Assembly (NCBI GenBank): GCA_965232515.1
Contig: CBDDPY010000002.1
Span: forward strand, 2,048,001-2,112,000
Length of the DNA stretch: 64,000 nt
Reading direction: 5' to 3'
Source: Alphaproteobacteria bacterium
GTDB lineage: Bacteria > Pseudomonadota > Alphaproteobacteria > GCA-2731375
Shown: positions 28,263 to 37,335 of the stretch, in pieces
How positions within the stretch are numbered: position 1 is the stretch's first letter
How the letters are laid out: each line of letters begins with the position of its first letter
Translations under genes and position numbers: made by a program
The notes under the pieces: generated by a model
Database searches by the model: none
Seen by the model: the letters and a program-made list of their open reading frames with translations, nothing else
What the model was told of the DNA's origin: nothing

Positions 28263-29981
28263 ATGGATGTCGCCCAGGCCAAAGCCGAATCTCAGAACCG
28301 ATCCGATACGGCGACACCCGACGCCGCGCCGCATGGCAGTTTCGCCCCGGCCGGTGACGGCGAGTCGCGGGCGGCGACGGCGAGCGATACGGACCCCGAC
28401 GCCAAGATCGGGCGTGTCGTGTCGGTGGCGGGCGGCCAGGTCGTGGCGCTGCTCGACAATACCGCCATGGCCGACGGCACCACGCTGCAGATTGGCGCGC
28501 TGGTAAAGATGCGAACCGCCGACAGCACGACCTTCGCCATCGTCACCGCGCTCTCGATCCCACTGCCCGATCAGGAGTCGCCCAGCGGCGAGGTGCGCAT
28601 CGCCGAGCTCGAACTCCTTGGCGAGGCCACCGCGGGCGCTGACGGTCAGCCAACCTTCGGTCGGGGCGTCTCCGCCTTTCCCGGCCTCGGCGATGCTGTG
28701 CTGGCGACGACGCGTCAGGATCTCTCGATCGTCTACGCCAGGCCCACATCGTCCGCCGTACGCATCGGCACGCTGCATCAGGACAAGGCCGTGCCGGCCT
28801 ACGTCATCGTCGACGAACTGCTCGGCAAGCATTTCGCCGTCCTCGGCACGACGGGCTCGGGCAAGTCCTGCGCCGTCTCGCTGATCCTGAATTCGGTCCT
28901 GGCCCAGCACCACAACGGCCACGTGCTGCTGCTCGATCCGCATGCCGAATATGTCGGCGCGCTCGGCGATCGCGCCAAGGTGCTCGACCTCAACAACCTT
29001 CAGCTCCCGTTCTGGCTGCTCAACTTCGAGGAAATGGTCGAGATTATGGTCGGCAGCAGCGGCAAGGAGGCCGAAGCCGAGATCACGATCCTCAAAGAGG
29101 CCATTCTCGCCGCCAAAAAAGCCGCCGGCGTCGGCGCAAGCAGCGAGGGCGAGGACTCGACGCCGATCACCATCGATACGCCGGTGCCCTACACGCTGAT
29201 GGCGATGATCCAGTTCATCGACAAGGCCGCCGGCAAGCTCGACCGGCCGGAAAGCGCGGCGCCGTACCTGCGCCTCAAGAACCGGCTCGACGCGCTGCGC
29301 GCCGACAAGCGCTACGAGTTCATGTTCCCCGGCCTGATCGTCCGCGACAACATGGCGGCGATCCTGTCGACCCTCTACAGCATTCCCGTCCGCGACAAGC
29401 CGGTCACCATCGTCGATCTCTCGGGCGTGCCGTCCGAGACCATGAATGTCGTGGTCTCCGTGCTCTCGCGCATGACCTTCGACTTCGCGCTATTGAGCGA
29501 CCGCGCTTTTCCTGTGCTGCTGGTCTGCGAGGAAGCCCACCGTTACGCGCCGCAGAACGCCGACGCCGGCTTCGAGCCGACCAAGCGCGGCCTCGCCCGC
29601 ATCGCCCGCGAGGGCCGCAAATACGGCGTCTCGCTCTGCGTCGTCAGCCAGCGGCCGTCCGAGCTCGACGCCGGCATTCTGTCCCAGTGCAACACCATCT
29701 TCGCGCTGCGTATGAGCAACCAGTCGGACCGCGACTTCGTCGGCGGCGCGATGACGGAATCGGCGCTCGGCCTGCTCGACTCCCTGCCCTCGCTGCGCAA
29801 CGCCGAGGCCGTCGTGGTCGGCGAAGGCGTGCCGGTGCCGGGCAGGATCTGCTTCGACGACCTGCCCGACGATCAGCGGCCGCTCAGCGCGACGGCTTCT
29901 TTCTCCGGCGCCTGGAACAATGACGTCGAGAGCGGCGAGTTCCTCACCAAGATCGTCGCCCGCTGGCGCCTGCAGGAATAG
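28263..29981 (+). CDS. HerA/DUF87-family ATPase
   Basis: N-terminal barrel-like region; Walker A GTTGSGKS; DPHAEY; Walker B CEEAH; IAREGRKYG; SQRPSE. Confidence 0.9.
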   Translation: MDVAQAKAESQNRSDTATPDAAPHGSFAPAGDGESRAATASDTDPDAKIGRVVSVAGGQVVALLDNTAMADGTTLQIGALVKMRTADSTTFAIVTALSIPLPDQESPSGEVRIAELELLGEATAGADGQPTFGRGVSAFPGLGDAVLATTRQDLSIVYARPTSSAVRIGTLHQDKAVPAYVIVDELLGKHFAVLGTTGSGKSCAVSLILNSVLAQHHNGHVLLLDPHAEYVGALGDRAKVLDLNNLQLPFWLLNFEEMVEIMVGSSGKEAEAEITILKEAILAAKKAAGVGASSEGEDSTPITIDTPVPYTLMAMIQFIDKAAGKLDRPESAAPYLRLKNRLDALRADKRYEFMFPGLIVRDNMAAILSTLYSIPVRDKPVTIVDLSGVPSETMNVVVSVLSRMTFDFALLSDRAFPVLLVCEEAHRYAPQNADAGFEPTKRGLARIAREGRKYGVSLCVVSQRPSELDAGILSQCNTIFALRMSNQSDRDFVGGAMTESALGLLDSLPSLRNAEAVVVGEGVPVPGRICFDDLPDDQRPLSATASFSGAWNNDVESGEFLTKIVARWRLQE

Positions 29982-30014
29982 CGCCGGGCGTAGACGCTTT
30001 GATCCCATACCGCA

Positions 30015-30130
30015 TGCTTCGAGACGACCCCTTCGGGATCTCCTCAGCATGAGGTAAGTGACTGATAGCAAACCCAAACCTCATCCTGAGGAGCGCCTGC
30101 TAGGGCGCGTCTCGAAGGATAAGCCATCAG
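30015..30130. repeat. Intact REP/BIME-like inverted pair
   Basis: cttcgagacg..ctcctcagcatgagg and cctcatcctgaggagcgcc..gcgtctcgaagga arms; homologous to the IS-interrupted copy. Confidence 0.85.
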
Positions 30131-30195
30131 GTTCCGCGCTTGCGGCCGTGCTACGATCCCGAGGTGGAGGAAGGCCCGCAGCCGGAGGAGAGCGC

Positions 30196-30549
30196 ATGAC
30201 CGTTCGCCGCATCGTCGCCAACATCGCCGCACCGGACCCCGAACGCGCCCGCGCCTTCTATGGCGAATTGCTGGATATGGATGTCGTCATGGATCTCGGC
30301 TGGATCCTGACCTTCGCGTCGGACGCGACGGCCCGCGCGCAGGTCAGCGTCGCCAGCGAGGGCGGCTCCGGCACGCCAGTGCCGGATCTTTCGATCGAGG
30401 TCGACGATGTCGACGCGGTCTACCGGCGCGCAAAAACCGCCGGCCACGAGATCGCCTACGACATCACCGACGAGCCCTGGGGCGTGCGGCGGTTCTACGT
30501 CCGCGATCCCTTCGGCCGCACCCTCAACATCCTCTCGCATTCGAACTAG
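30196..30549 (+). CDS. VOC/glyoxalase-family protein
   Basis: ARAFYGELL, SIEVDDVD and EPWGVRRFYVRDPFG motifs; GGAGGAG RBS. Confidence 0.92.
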   Translation: MTVRRIVANIAAPDPERARAFYGELLDMDVVMDLGWILTFASDATARAQVSVASEGGSGTPVPDLSIEVDDVDAVYRRAKTAGHEIAYDITDEPWGVRRFYVRDPFGRTLNILSHSN

Positions 30550-31501
30550 CCGGCCGGCGCCGCCGGCGCAGCAGGGCCATACCGGCGAGCCCGCTGCCTA
30601 TCAGGGCGAGCGTACCGGGCTCGGCGACCGCGACCGGAGCCTGCAGCTGGCTGATGGTGACGCCCGGCGTGCTGGTGCTCAGGGTCACGTCGGCGGTGTT
30701 GAAGAAGTCGGCCTTTGCGGAGACTTCGCTGCCGTCGAATGCGAAGGCATCGGTCGTCAAGGTCAGCTCGATGGCGAAGACGTCGCTGAAGTCGACCAGC
30801 AACGCATCGTCGAGCTCGATGTTCGCGACGACATCGACGAGGCAGCCGAAGGGGTCGCAGGGGCCGAACGGCTCGTCGGGGAAGGAAAAGTCCCCGGCCC
30901 GGTCGGCCGCGGCCCAGTCGCCGCTGCGGGTCAGCTGCGGCGTCTGGTTCCTGGCGACGACGAAAAGCCGGGCATCGCCGTCGAATATCGAGGTCGTGCC
31001 GGACGCGCCGATGGCGCGCAGGCTCACGCCCACGGCGGCGAAAACATCGTTGAAGCCGGCGCCCGAATTGTTGTTGCCGACCTGCAGGCTGCCGTCCACC
31101 GTCAAGCCGAAATCGATATCGACGCTGCCGCCGGGATTCGCGCCGCCGGTGGTGAACTGCGCGACCCAGGAGGCGGTGGATCCGGCCTCCGTCGAGCCGT
31201 CGCCGCTTACGGCGTCAGTGCGGCTCTCGCTGCCGACGGCGCCGCCCACGGTCGCGCGGGCCCGGGCAAATGCCTCGTCGGGCTCCGAGACGCTGTTGCT
31301 GATCAGGGCATTCACCGCACCCTGGCTGACGTTCGTGCCCGCGTCGTTGCCAACGGACCGTGCGGATGCCGTCGCCTCAGCGCCCGGCGACGGGATCGGC
31401 GCGGCGGCCGCCGGGACCGCGATGACCGATGCCGAGACCGCCAGCAGCGCCGCGGCAAGCGGGCGCGTCAGCGCGTTACAACCTTGGCGGATCATATACA
31501 T
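30524..31501 (-). CDS. PEP-CTERM sorting-domain exported protein
   Basis: Signal peptide, Ser/Thr/Gly/Asp-rich body and C-terminal VAEPGTLALIGSGLAGMALLRRRRR. Start uncertain (31495-31510). Confidence 0.82.
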   Translation of the reverse strand: MYMIRQGCNALTRPLAAALLAVSASVIAVPAAAAPIPSPGAEATASARSVGNDAGTNVSQGAVNALISNSVSEPDEAFARARATVGGAVGSESRTDAVSGDGSTEAGSTASWVAQFTTGGANPGGSVDIDFGLTVDGSLQVGNNNSGAGFNDVFAAVGVSLRAIGASGTTSIFDGDARLFVVARNQTPQLTRSGDWAAADRAGDFSFPDEPFGPCDPFGCLVDVVANIELDDALLVDFSDVFAIELTLTTDAFAFDGSEVSAKADFFNTADVTLSTSTPGVTISQLQAPVAVAEPGTLALIGSGLAGMALLRRRRRPASSNARGC

Positions 31502-31662
31502 CTTCCCCATACTCCCTATCGCACGGGCGCGTTTCGCACGGCCAACCCGCATTGCGAAATCAGCATGGGCGATACAAGCCCGGCGGTCAAACACAGCCTT
31601 GACGTCAACGACTTGTATTAGAATTCGCGCACATCTGATCAATGACGCGAGGAGAACGCAGC

Positions 31663-32148
31663 ATGTCCGATCCGGCAGAGAATAAACTTGAAGGTGGTTG
31701 CACCTGCGGCGCCGTGCGTTACCGTCTGACCGCGCCGCCGTTATTCGTGCATTGCTGCCACTGCACCTGGTGCCAGCGGGGGTCCGGCTCGGCCTTCGCC
31801 GTCAACGTGATGATCGAGGCGACGAATGTCGAGCTTCTGAGCGGCGACCTCGACCGCGACATGCTGCCGACGGCCAGCGGCCAGGGCCAGGAATTCATGC
31901 GCTGCGCCGAATGCGGCACCACGGTCTGGAGCCACTACGCGGCGGCCCGCGAGAAGGTCAGCTTCGTCCGCGCCGGCACGCTCGACGATCCGTCGCTGGC
32001 GCCACCCGACATCCACATCTTCACCTCGACCAAACAGCCCTGGGTCGCGCTCCCCGACGACGTGCCGGCCGTGCCGGAATACTACCAGCGCTCCGCCCAC
32101 TGGCCCGCCGAGTGCGTCGCACGCTATAAAGCCGCGACGGCGGACTGA
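31663..32148 (+). CDS. GFA (Mss4-like) Zn-binding protein
   Basis: GGCTCGAVRY, CHCTWCQR and CAECG motifs. Confidence 0.92.
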   Translation: MSDPAENKLEGGCTCGAVRYRLTAPPLFVHCCHCTWCQRGSGSAFAVNVMIEATNVELLSGDLDRDMLPTASGQGQEFMRCAECGTTVWSHYAAAREKVSFVRAGTLDDPSLAPPDIHIFTSTKQPWVALPDDVPAVPEYYQRSAHWPAECVARYKAATAD

Positions 32149-32163
32149 TGCGGCGGCACTGAG

Positions 32164-32655
32164 ATGAATGCTTCGCGCGCGCTTGCGCTGATGGTTCTGT
32201 TGCTCGTGGTCGGCGCCTTGCCGTCGGCCGCACAAGACTCGGATGAGGCGGCACGCCTTGAGATCGCTCGGAGCTATATCGAGAGCACGATCGGCAGCAT
32301 GGAACTCGAAAAGGTCGCGGCCGTCGGTGTCGAACAGATTCTCGATGCGGTCAAGGCAAGGCAGCCAGCGCTCTATGCCGAGAAGGCAGAAAAGCTGCGC
32401 GCGGTCGGACAACCAATCATGATGGACGCCATTCTAGAATCGTTGAACGGTCTGGACCGGACTCTGGCCGCGACGTTCACACTGGAAGAACTGAGAGCGC
32501 TGAACGAGTTCATGACATCCGATATCGGCCGCGAAATCATGAGGAAGATGCCGAACTACCTCGCGGCCATACAGCCCGCCATGCAGCGCGGCATCCAAGC
32601 ATCCCTACCCCGACTGCTTCAGAGCTTTCGCGCCGAGGGTGTCATTCTGCAATAA
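32164..32655 (+). CDS. DUF2059-type exported protein
   Basis: Signal peptide; FTLEELRALNEFMTSDIGREIMRKMP motif. Confidence 0.75.
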   Translation: MNASRALALMVLLLVVGALPSAAQDSDEAARLEIARSYIESTIGSMELEKVAAVGVEQILDAVKARQPALYAEKAEKLRAVGQPIMMDAILESLNGLDRTLAATFTLEELRALNEFMTSDIGREIMRKMPNYLAAIQPAMQRGIQASLPRLLQSFRAEGVILQ

Positions 32656-32739
32656 ACACTGCCGAAGTGAGCCGACTGCCCATCCGACCGACACCGCCCT
32701 TACCATCGGCTCCTTGACCATCGTGATGTCGATCAATAG

Positions 32740-32764
32740 AGTTACTTCAAATTTTGAAGTAACT
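32740..32764. promoter_or_regulatory. Operator palindrome upstream of the HxlR-type regulator
   Basis: Perfect 12-1-12 palindrome agttacttcaaa-t-tttgaagtaact, overlapping a possible -10 (tagagt, with ttgacc 17 bp upstream). Confidence 0.8.
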
Positions 32765-32768
32765 GAAC

Positions 32769-33248
32769 ATGAGCCGCTCAGATCTTGCTGACAAAGTCTG
32801 TGGCGTCTCGCGCACCATCGAGATCGTCGGCGATGCGTGGACGTTGATGATCCTGCGCGACATGTTTCTGGGCGCGCGGCGCTTCGACGACCTGCAGCGC
32901 CAGACCGGCTGCTCGCCGCACCTGCTGAGCCGGCGCCTGAAGCGCCTGGAGGCCGAGCAGATCGTCGAACGCCGGGCCTATTCCGAGCGGCCGCCGCGCC
33001 ACGAATACCGCCTCACCGAGCGCGGGCGCGATCTCTGGCCGGTGGTCGTCGCGCTCAAGAGCTGGGGCGACCGCTGGCTCGGCGGGTCGGGCGGCGCGCC
33101 GATCGTACTGACGCACCGGGGCTGCGGGCAGGTGACCGAGCCGCGCATGTGTTGTTCCGAATGCGGCGAGCCCATGGATGCGCGCGCCTCCATTCCAAGC
33201 CTGTCGCCGGCCATGGCGCGGGAACGCGACGCCGCCGGCCACAAGTAA
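32769..33248 (+). CDS. HxlR-family winged-helix regulator
   Basis: CGVSRTIEIVGDAWTLMILRD and EYRLTERGRDL motifs; C-terminal HxxC..CxxC. Confidence 0.92.
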   Translation: MSRSDLADKVCGVSRTIEIVGDAWTLMILRDMFLGARRFDDLQRQTGCSPHLLSRRLKRLEAEQIVERRAYSERPPRHEYRLTERGRDLWPVVVALKSWGDRWLGGSGGAPIVLTHRGCGQVTEPRMCCSECGEPMDARASIPSLSPAMARERDAAGHK

Positions 33249-33296
33249 CACCTGGGCCGGCATTCGCCGCGCCCGTCAACGGGAGAGATCATCCTC

Positions 33297-34292
33297 ATGA
33301 AAACGCGTATCACCGAGATGTTCGGCATCGAGCATCCGATCATCCAGGGCGGCATGCATTACGTCGGCTTCGCCGAGCTCGCCGCCGCGGTCTCGAACGC
33401 GGGCGGGCTCGGCATCATCACCGGCCTCACGCAGAAGAGCGCGCCCGACCTCGCGAACGAGATCGCCAAGTGCCGCGACATGACCGACAAGCCGTTCGGC
33501 GTGAACCTGACCTTCCTGCCGACGCTGAACCCGCCGGACTACCCGGCCTACATCAAGGCCATCGTCGACGGCGGCGTGAAGATCGTCGAGACCGCCGGCC
33601 GCAATCCCGAGCCTTATCTGCCGTACCTGAAAGACGCCGGCATCAAGGTCATCCACAAATGCACGTCCGTGCGCCATTCGCTCAAAGCCGAGGCCATCGG
33701 CTGCGACGCGGTCTCGGTCGACGGCTTCGAGTGCGGCGGCCATCCGGGCGAGGACGACATCCCCAACATGATCCTGCTGCCGCGCGCGGCCGACGAGTTG
33801 AAGATCCCGTTCGTTTCGTCCGGCGGCATGGCCGACGCCCGCAGCCTCGTCGCCTCGCTCGCCATGGGCGCCGACGGCATGAACATGGGCACCCGTTTCA
33901 TCGCCACGGCCGAGGCGCCGGTGCATGAGAAGGTCAAGCAGGCCATCGTCGCCGCGAGCGAGCTCGACACGCGTCTCGTCATGCGCCCCTTGCGCAACAC
34001 CGAGCGCGTGCTCAACAACGCCGCCGTCGAGCGTCTGCTCGAAAAGGAGGCGGCGCTCGGCAAGGACCTCAAGTTCGAGGACATCATCGAGGAGGTCGCC
34101 GGCGTCTATCCCCGCATCATGCTCGACGGCGACATGGACGCCGGCGCCTGGTCCTGCGGCATGGTCGCCGGCCTGATCCACGACATCCCCACCTGCAAGG
34201 AACTGATCGACCGCATCATGAGCGAGGCCGACGCCCTCATCCGCGACCGCCTCGAATCCCTCCGCGCCGGCACCGCCGCCGCGGCGGCGTGA
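33297..34292 (+). CDS. Nitronate monooxygenase / FabK-like flavoprotein
   Basis: PIIQGGM, SNAGGLG, ECGGHPG and NMGTRF motifs. Confidence 0.92.
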   Translation: MKTRITEMFGIEHPIIQGGMHYVGFAELAAAVSNAGGLGIITGLTQKSAPDLANEIAKCRDMTDKPFGVNLTFLPTLNPPDYPAYIKAIVDGGVKIVETAGRNPEPYLPYLKDAGIKVIHKCTSVRHSLKAEAIGCDAVSVDGFECGGHPGEDDIPNMILLPRAADELKIPFVSSGGMADARSLVASLAMGADGMNMGTRFIATAEAPVHEKVKQAIVAASELDTRLVMRPLRNTERVLNNAAVERLLEKEAALGKDLKFEDIIEEVAGVYPRIMLDGDMDAGAWSCGMVAGLIHDIPTCKELIDRIMSEADALIRDRLESLRAGTAAAAA

Positions 34293-34317
34293 GGAAAAGG
34301 AGCGCCGTCGGCACACA

Positions 34318-34394
34318 GCCCTCACCCCAACCCTCTCCCGCAAGCGGGAGAGGGAGGGACCCGCGCGCTGCTAAGCGCGTGGGAGGGTGAGGGC
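34318..34394. repeat. REP-like element (ccctctccc..gggagaggg family)
   Basis: gccctcacc...ccctctcccgcaagcgggagaggg...ggtgagggc nested hairpins between convergent genes. Confidence 0.8.
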
Positions 34395-34452
34395 CGGACT
34401 CCAGGCTGGTGGTTGTGGCGATGGCCATGCAGTTAGCGCCTTCCACTTCCCG

Positions 34453-35310
34453 CTAATCCTTGAAATCAGACCCGGCGTCGTCCGCCCATTCCCGCAGCAG
34501 GTCGGCCGTGCCTTCGTCGCTCGGGAAGAAGGTTTCGATGCGGATCTCCTGGGCGGTGACGTCCTGGGGCGTGCCTAGGGTGGTGATGGCGGTGAAGAAC
34601 TTCAGCGACACGCCGTCCTTGACGAAGTCCATGGACAGCACCGGCTCCTGCGCCGCCTCGATCGCCGGGATCTCCGTGGGCTTTGGCACGTCGGGATAGC
34701 TTAGCAGCCGCCGCAGCAGGGCCGCCGTCTCCGCCGAGCCGTCGGCCTGCGCGTCCGCCTGCACGACACGAACGAAGGACCGGGCGACCTCGGACCAGTT
34801 GACAATCAGCGGCCGCAGGCCGTCCGGCGCCAGCAGCATGTCGGCGAGATTGACCGGCGCCGCCGGATCCGGCGGCCGCGGCGGCGTATCGGTCAGGAAG
34901 CCCGTCACCCGCTGCGAGGCCAGGTTCTGCCGCAACAGGTTCCAGCGCCGGTCGATCACCACGGTCGGCACCGGCTCCTGCTGCGCCAACAGATGGTCGA
35001 GCGCCCGCGTCACCGTCGCCAGCTCCGGGCCGTCCAGCGCGCTCTCGCGCCAGATCGGCGCGAAGCCGGCCGCCAGCAGCAGCACGTTCTGCTGCCGGAG
35101 CGGCAGGTCCAGCGCGTCGGCCAGCCGCACCACCATCTCGCGGCTCGGCCGCGTCCGGTCGATCTCCAGAAAGCTGACATGCCGCTGCGAGACCTCGGCC
35201 CTGAGCGCCAGATCGAGCTGCGACAGCTTGCGATGGTTCCGCCACCACCGCAGTTGCTCGGCGAAGTCGCCGCGTTCCGTCATAACGACCTGCCAGGTAG
35301 TTGCCGTCAT
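34453..35310 (-). CDS. XRE-family HTH regulator with MmyB-like ligand-binding domain
   Basis: LRWWRNHRKLSQLDLALRAEVSQRHVSFLE and TTLGTPQDVTAQEIRIETFFP motifs. Confidence 0.9.
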   Translation of the reverse strand: MTATTWQVVMTERGDFAEQLRWWRNHRKLSQLDLALRAEVSQRHVSFLEIDRTRPSREMVVRLADALDLPLRQQNVLLLAAGFAPIWRESALDGPELATVTRALDHLLAQQEPVPTVVIDRRWNLLRQNLASQRVTGFLTDTPPRPPDPAAPVNLADMLLAPDGLRPLIVNWSEVARSFVRVVQADAQADGSAETAALLRRLLSYPDVPKPTEIPAIEAAQEPVLSMDFVKDGVSLKFFTAITTLGTPQDVTAQEIRIETFFPSDEGTADLLREWADDAGSDFKD

Positions 35311-35362
35311 TCCCTCCCTCGACACTATCAGAGGCCGGTTCACAGGGCATGGAGTAGTGCAC

Positions 35363-36241
35363 ATGGGGGAATGGCTGGGCGTTATCCTGGCGGTGCTGTC
35401 CAGCGCGGTCGGTGGCTCGGCGGCGGCGGTGACGCGCTATCTCGTCGGCGGCGCCGATCCGTTCGCGCTCGGCATCATCCGCTTCGGCCTCGGCTTCCTC
35501 TGCGTGCTGCCGGTGGCGCTCGTGATGCGCGCGCGCTGGCCGTCGCGCCGCGACTGGCCCGGCGTCGTCGGCCTCGGCCTGCTGTTCTACGGCTTCGCCA
35601 TGATCGTCTACAACATCGCCATCGGCTACACGACGGCGGCGCGCGCCTCGCTCGCGCTCTCGACCCTGCCGCTGCAGACCATGCTCGTCGGCGCGCTGCT
35701 CGGCATCGAGCCGCTGACCCGGCGCAAGACGACAGGCGTCGTCGTCGCCATGGGCGGCGTCGCCGCCGCGCTGTCCACCGGTCTGGCGCACGCGCCGCAC
35801 GGCGCCTGGCGGGGCGAGCTGCTGATGCTCGGCACCGCGCTCTGCATGGCCTTCTACAACGTCTGGTCGCGCCCCTTCATCGAGCGCTCGAGCGCCTTCG
35901 GCTTCCTCGCCGTCGGCATGGGCGCGGGCGCTGTCGCCCTGGTCGCCGCCGGCGCCGTCGCCGGCTCTCTCAGCGAGCTGCCCGCCATTATCGCCCGAGA
36001 CTGGTTCGCGACGCTTTATCTCGGCATGGGCGGCGGCGCCGTCGCCTTCATCCTTTGGATCCTGGCCTTGCAGCGCACCAGCCCGACCCGCGTCGCCATC
36101 ACCATGACCGTCAACCCGCTGGCCGCCGCCCTGCTCGCCGCCGCGCTGGTCGCCGAGCCCGTCACCCTCAATTTCCTCGCCGGCCTCGCCGTCGTCGGCC
36201 TCGGCATCTGGCTCGCCGCGACGACAAAATCGAACTCATAA
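35363..36241 (+). CDS. EamA/DMT-family transporter
   Basis: About 10 TM helices in two EamA-like halves; ATG at 35363 after GGAG. Confidence 0.88.
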   Translation: MGEWLGVILAVLSSAVGGSAAAVTRYLVGGADPFALGIIRFGLGFLCVLPVALVMRARWPSRRDWPGVVGLGLLFYGFAMIVYNIAIGYTTAARASLALSTLPLQTMLVGALLGIEPLTRRKTTGVVVAMGGVAAALSTGLAHAPHGAWRGELLMLGTALCMAFYNVWSRPFIERSSAFGFLAVGMGAGAVALVAAGAVAGSLSELPAIIARDWFATLYLGMGGGAVAFILWILALQRTSPTRVAITMTVNPLAAALLAAALVAEPVTLNFLAGLAVVGLGIWLAATTKSNS

Positions 36242-36265
36242 GTTGACACCGTCAACCTTTGACCT

Positions 36266-36646
36266 ATGTCCTGGATGACGCCAACCGGGACGAGGCCGCC
36301 CGTGCCCCAGGACCAGATCTACGTCTCCATCACCGGCCTGCGCCTGAACGGCCCCTGGCACATGCCGACATTCTGGTGGCACGCGATGCGCGCCATGACT
36401 CAGGCGCGCCAGGCCGATGGCAACCTCTATGCCGACGCGCGCAGCATCGACGGCGTGCACCACACGCTCAGCCTCTGGCGCGACCGCGCCGCCATGCAGG
36501 CCTACCTCACCTCGGGCCCGCACCGCCGGGCCATGCGGATCTACCCGCGCATCGCCATCGGCAAGGTCGTCGGCTACACGGCAGAGCGCGCGCCCGACTG
36601 GTCCGAGGTGCATGAGATCTGGCAAACCCGCGGCCGCGAAGTCTGA
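36266..36646 (+). CDS. Small dimeric alpha/beta-barrel protein (DUF3291/ABM-like)
   Basis: HHTLSLWRDRAAMQAY..GPHRRAM pattern. Start uncertain. Confidence 0.65.
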   Translation: MSWMTPTGTRPPVPQDQIYVSITGLRLNGPWHMPTFWWHAMRAMTQARQADGNLYADARSIDGVHHTLSLWRDRAAMQAYLTSGPHRRAMRIYPRIAIGKVVGYTAERAPDWSEVHEIWQTRGREV

Positions 36647-36654
36647 GCCCGGCC

Positions 36655-37335
36655 ATGCCGTTCTCACCCATCTCCGAAGCCGTCGTGCTGTTCTCCGTGC
36701 CGGCTGTGTTCTGGCACATGCTGATGATCCAGACCGCCGCCAGGGTCTCGATCCGCCAGCTCGTCACCGTGGGCGCCATCATGCTGGTTTGGACGGCCTA
36801 TGCCTACAGCGCCGTCCGCTACGGTCTCGACACCGTCATCTTCGGCGACCTGCCGGCCGGGCCGCTGCTTTATGTCACGCTCGCCGCCGTGCTTACCTGG
36901 CTGTTTCGCCGACAATTGCTGGGCGACGGCGTGCCGCAGCAGCTGCTGATCGCGCTGCAGCTCTTCCGTCCCATCGGCATGGTCTTCGTGCTCGAGAACT
37001 GGCGCGGCACGCTGCCGGCCGTCTTCGCGCAGCCCGCCGGCTGGGGCGATCTCGTCGCCGGCCTCGTCGCGCTGGCCGTGCTGATCCGCTATCCCACCGG
37101 ACCGATGCCGGCGCGCGCCGTGATCCTGGTGGCCGTCGTCGGCCTGACCGACTTCGCCTCGGCCTTTTTCTTCGGCTTTACCAGCTCGGCGACGCCGGTC
37201 CAGCTCTTTGCCTTCGATAATCCGAACCGGGTGAACGAATACCCGCTCGGCCTGATCCCGGTGTTCCTGGTGCCGTATGCGATCATGGCGCACCTGCTGT
37301 CGCTCGCGCAGCTGCAACATCGGCGGGGCCGCTGA
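36655..37335 (+). CDS. Hypothetical integral membrane protein
   Basis: Multiple TM helices; LQLFR, FAQPAGWGD and YPLGLIPVFLVP motifs. Confidence 0.75.
   Translation: MPFSPISEAVVLFSVPAVFWHMLMIQTAARVSIRQLVTVGAIMLVWTAYAYSAVRYGLDTVIFGDLPAGPLLYVTLAAVLTWLFRRQLLGDGVPQQLLIALQLFRPIGMVFVLENWRGTLPAVFAQPAGWGDLVAGLVALAVLIRYPTGPMPARAVILVAVVGLTDFASAFFFGFTSSATPVQLFAFDNPNRVNEYPLGLIPVFLVPYAIMAHLLSLAQLQHRRGR

Noticed and set aside
28263-29981. HerA as an anti-phage system (Sir2-HerA, Nezha-like) or as a conjugative VirB4/TraG
   Set aside because: No effector, nuclease or T4SS genes are adjacent, and codon usage matches the host.
34799-35362. Long N-terminal extension of the EamA ORF
   Set aside because: It overlaps the divergent XRE regulator; the real start is most likely ATG 35363.
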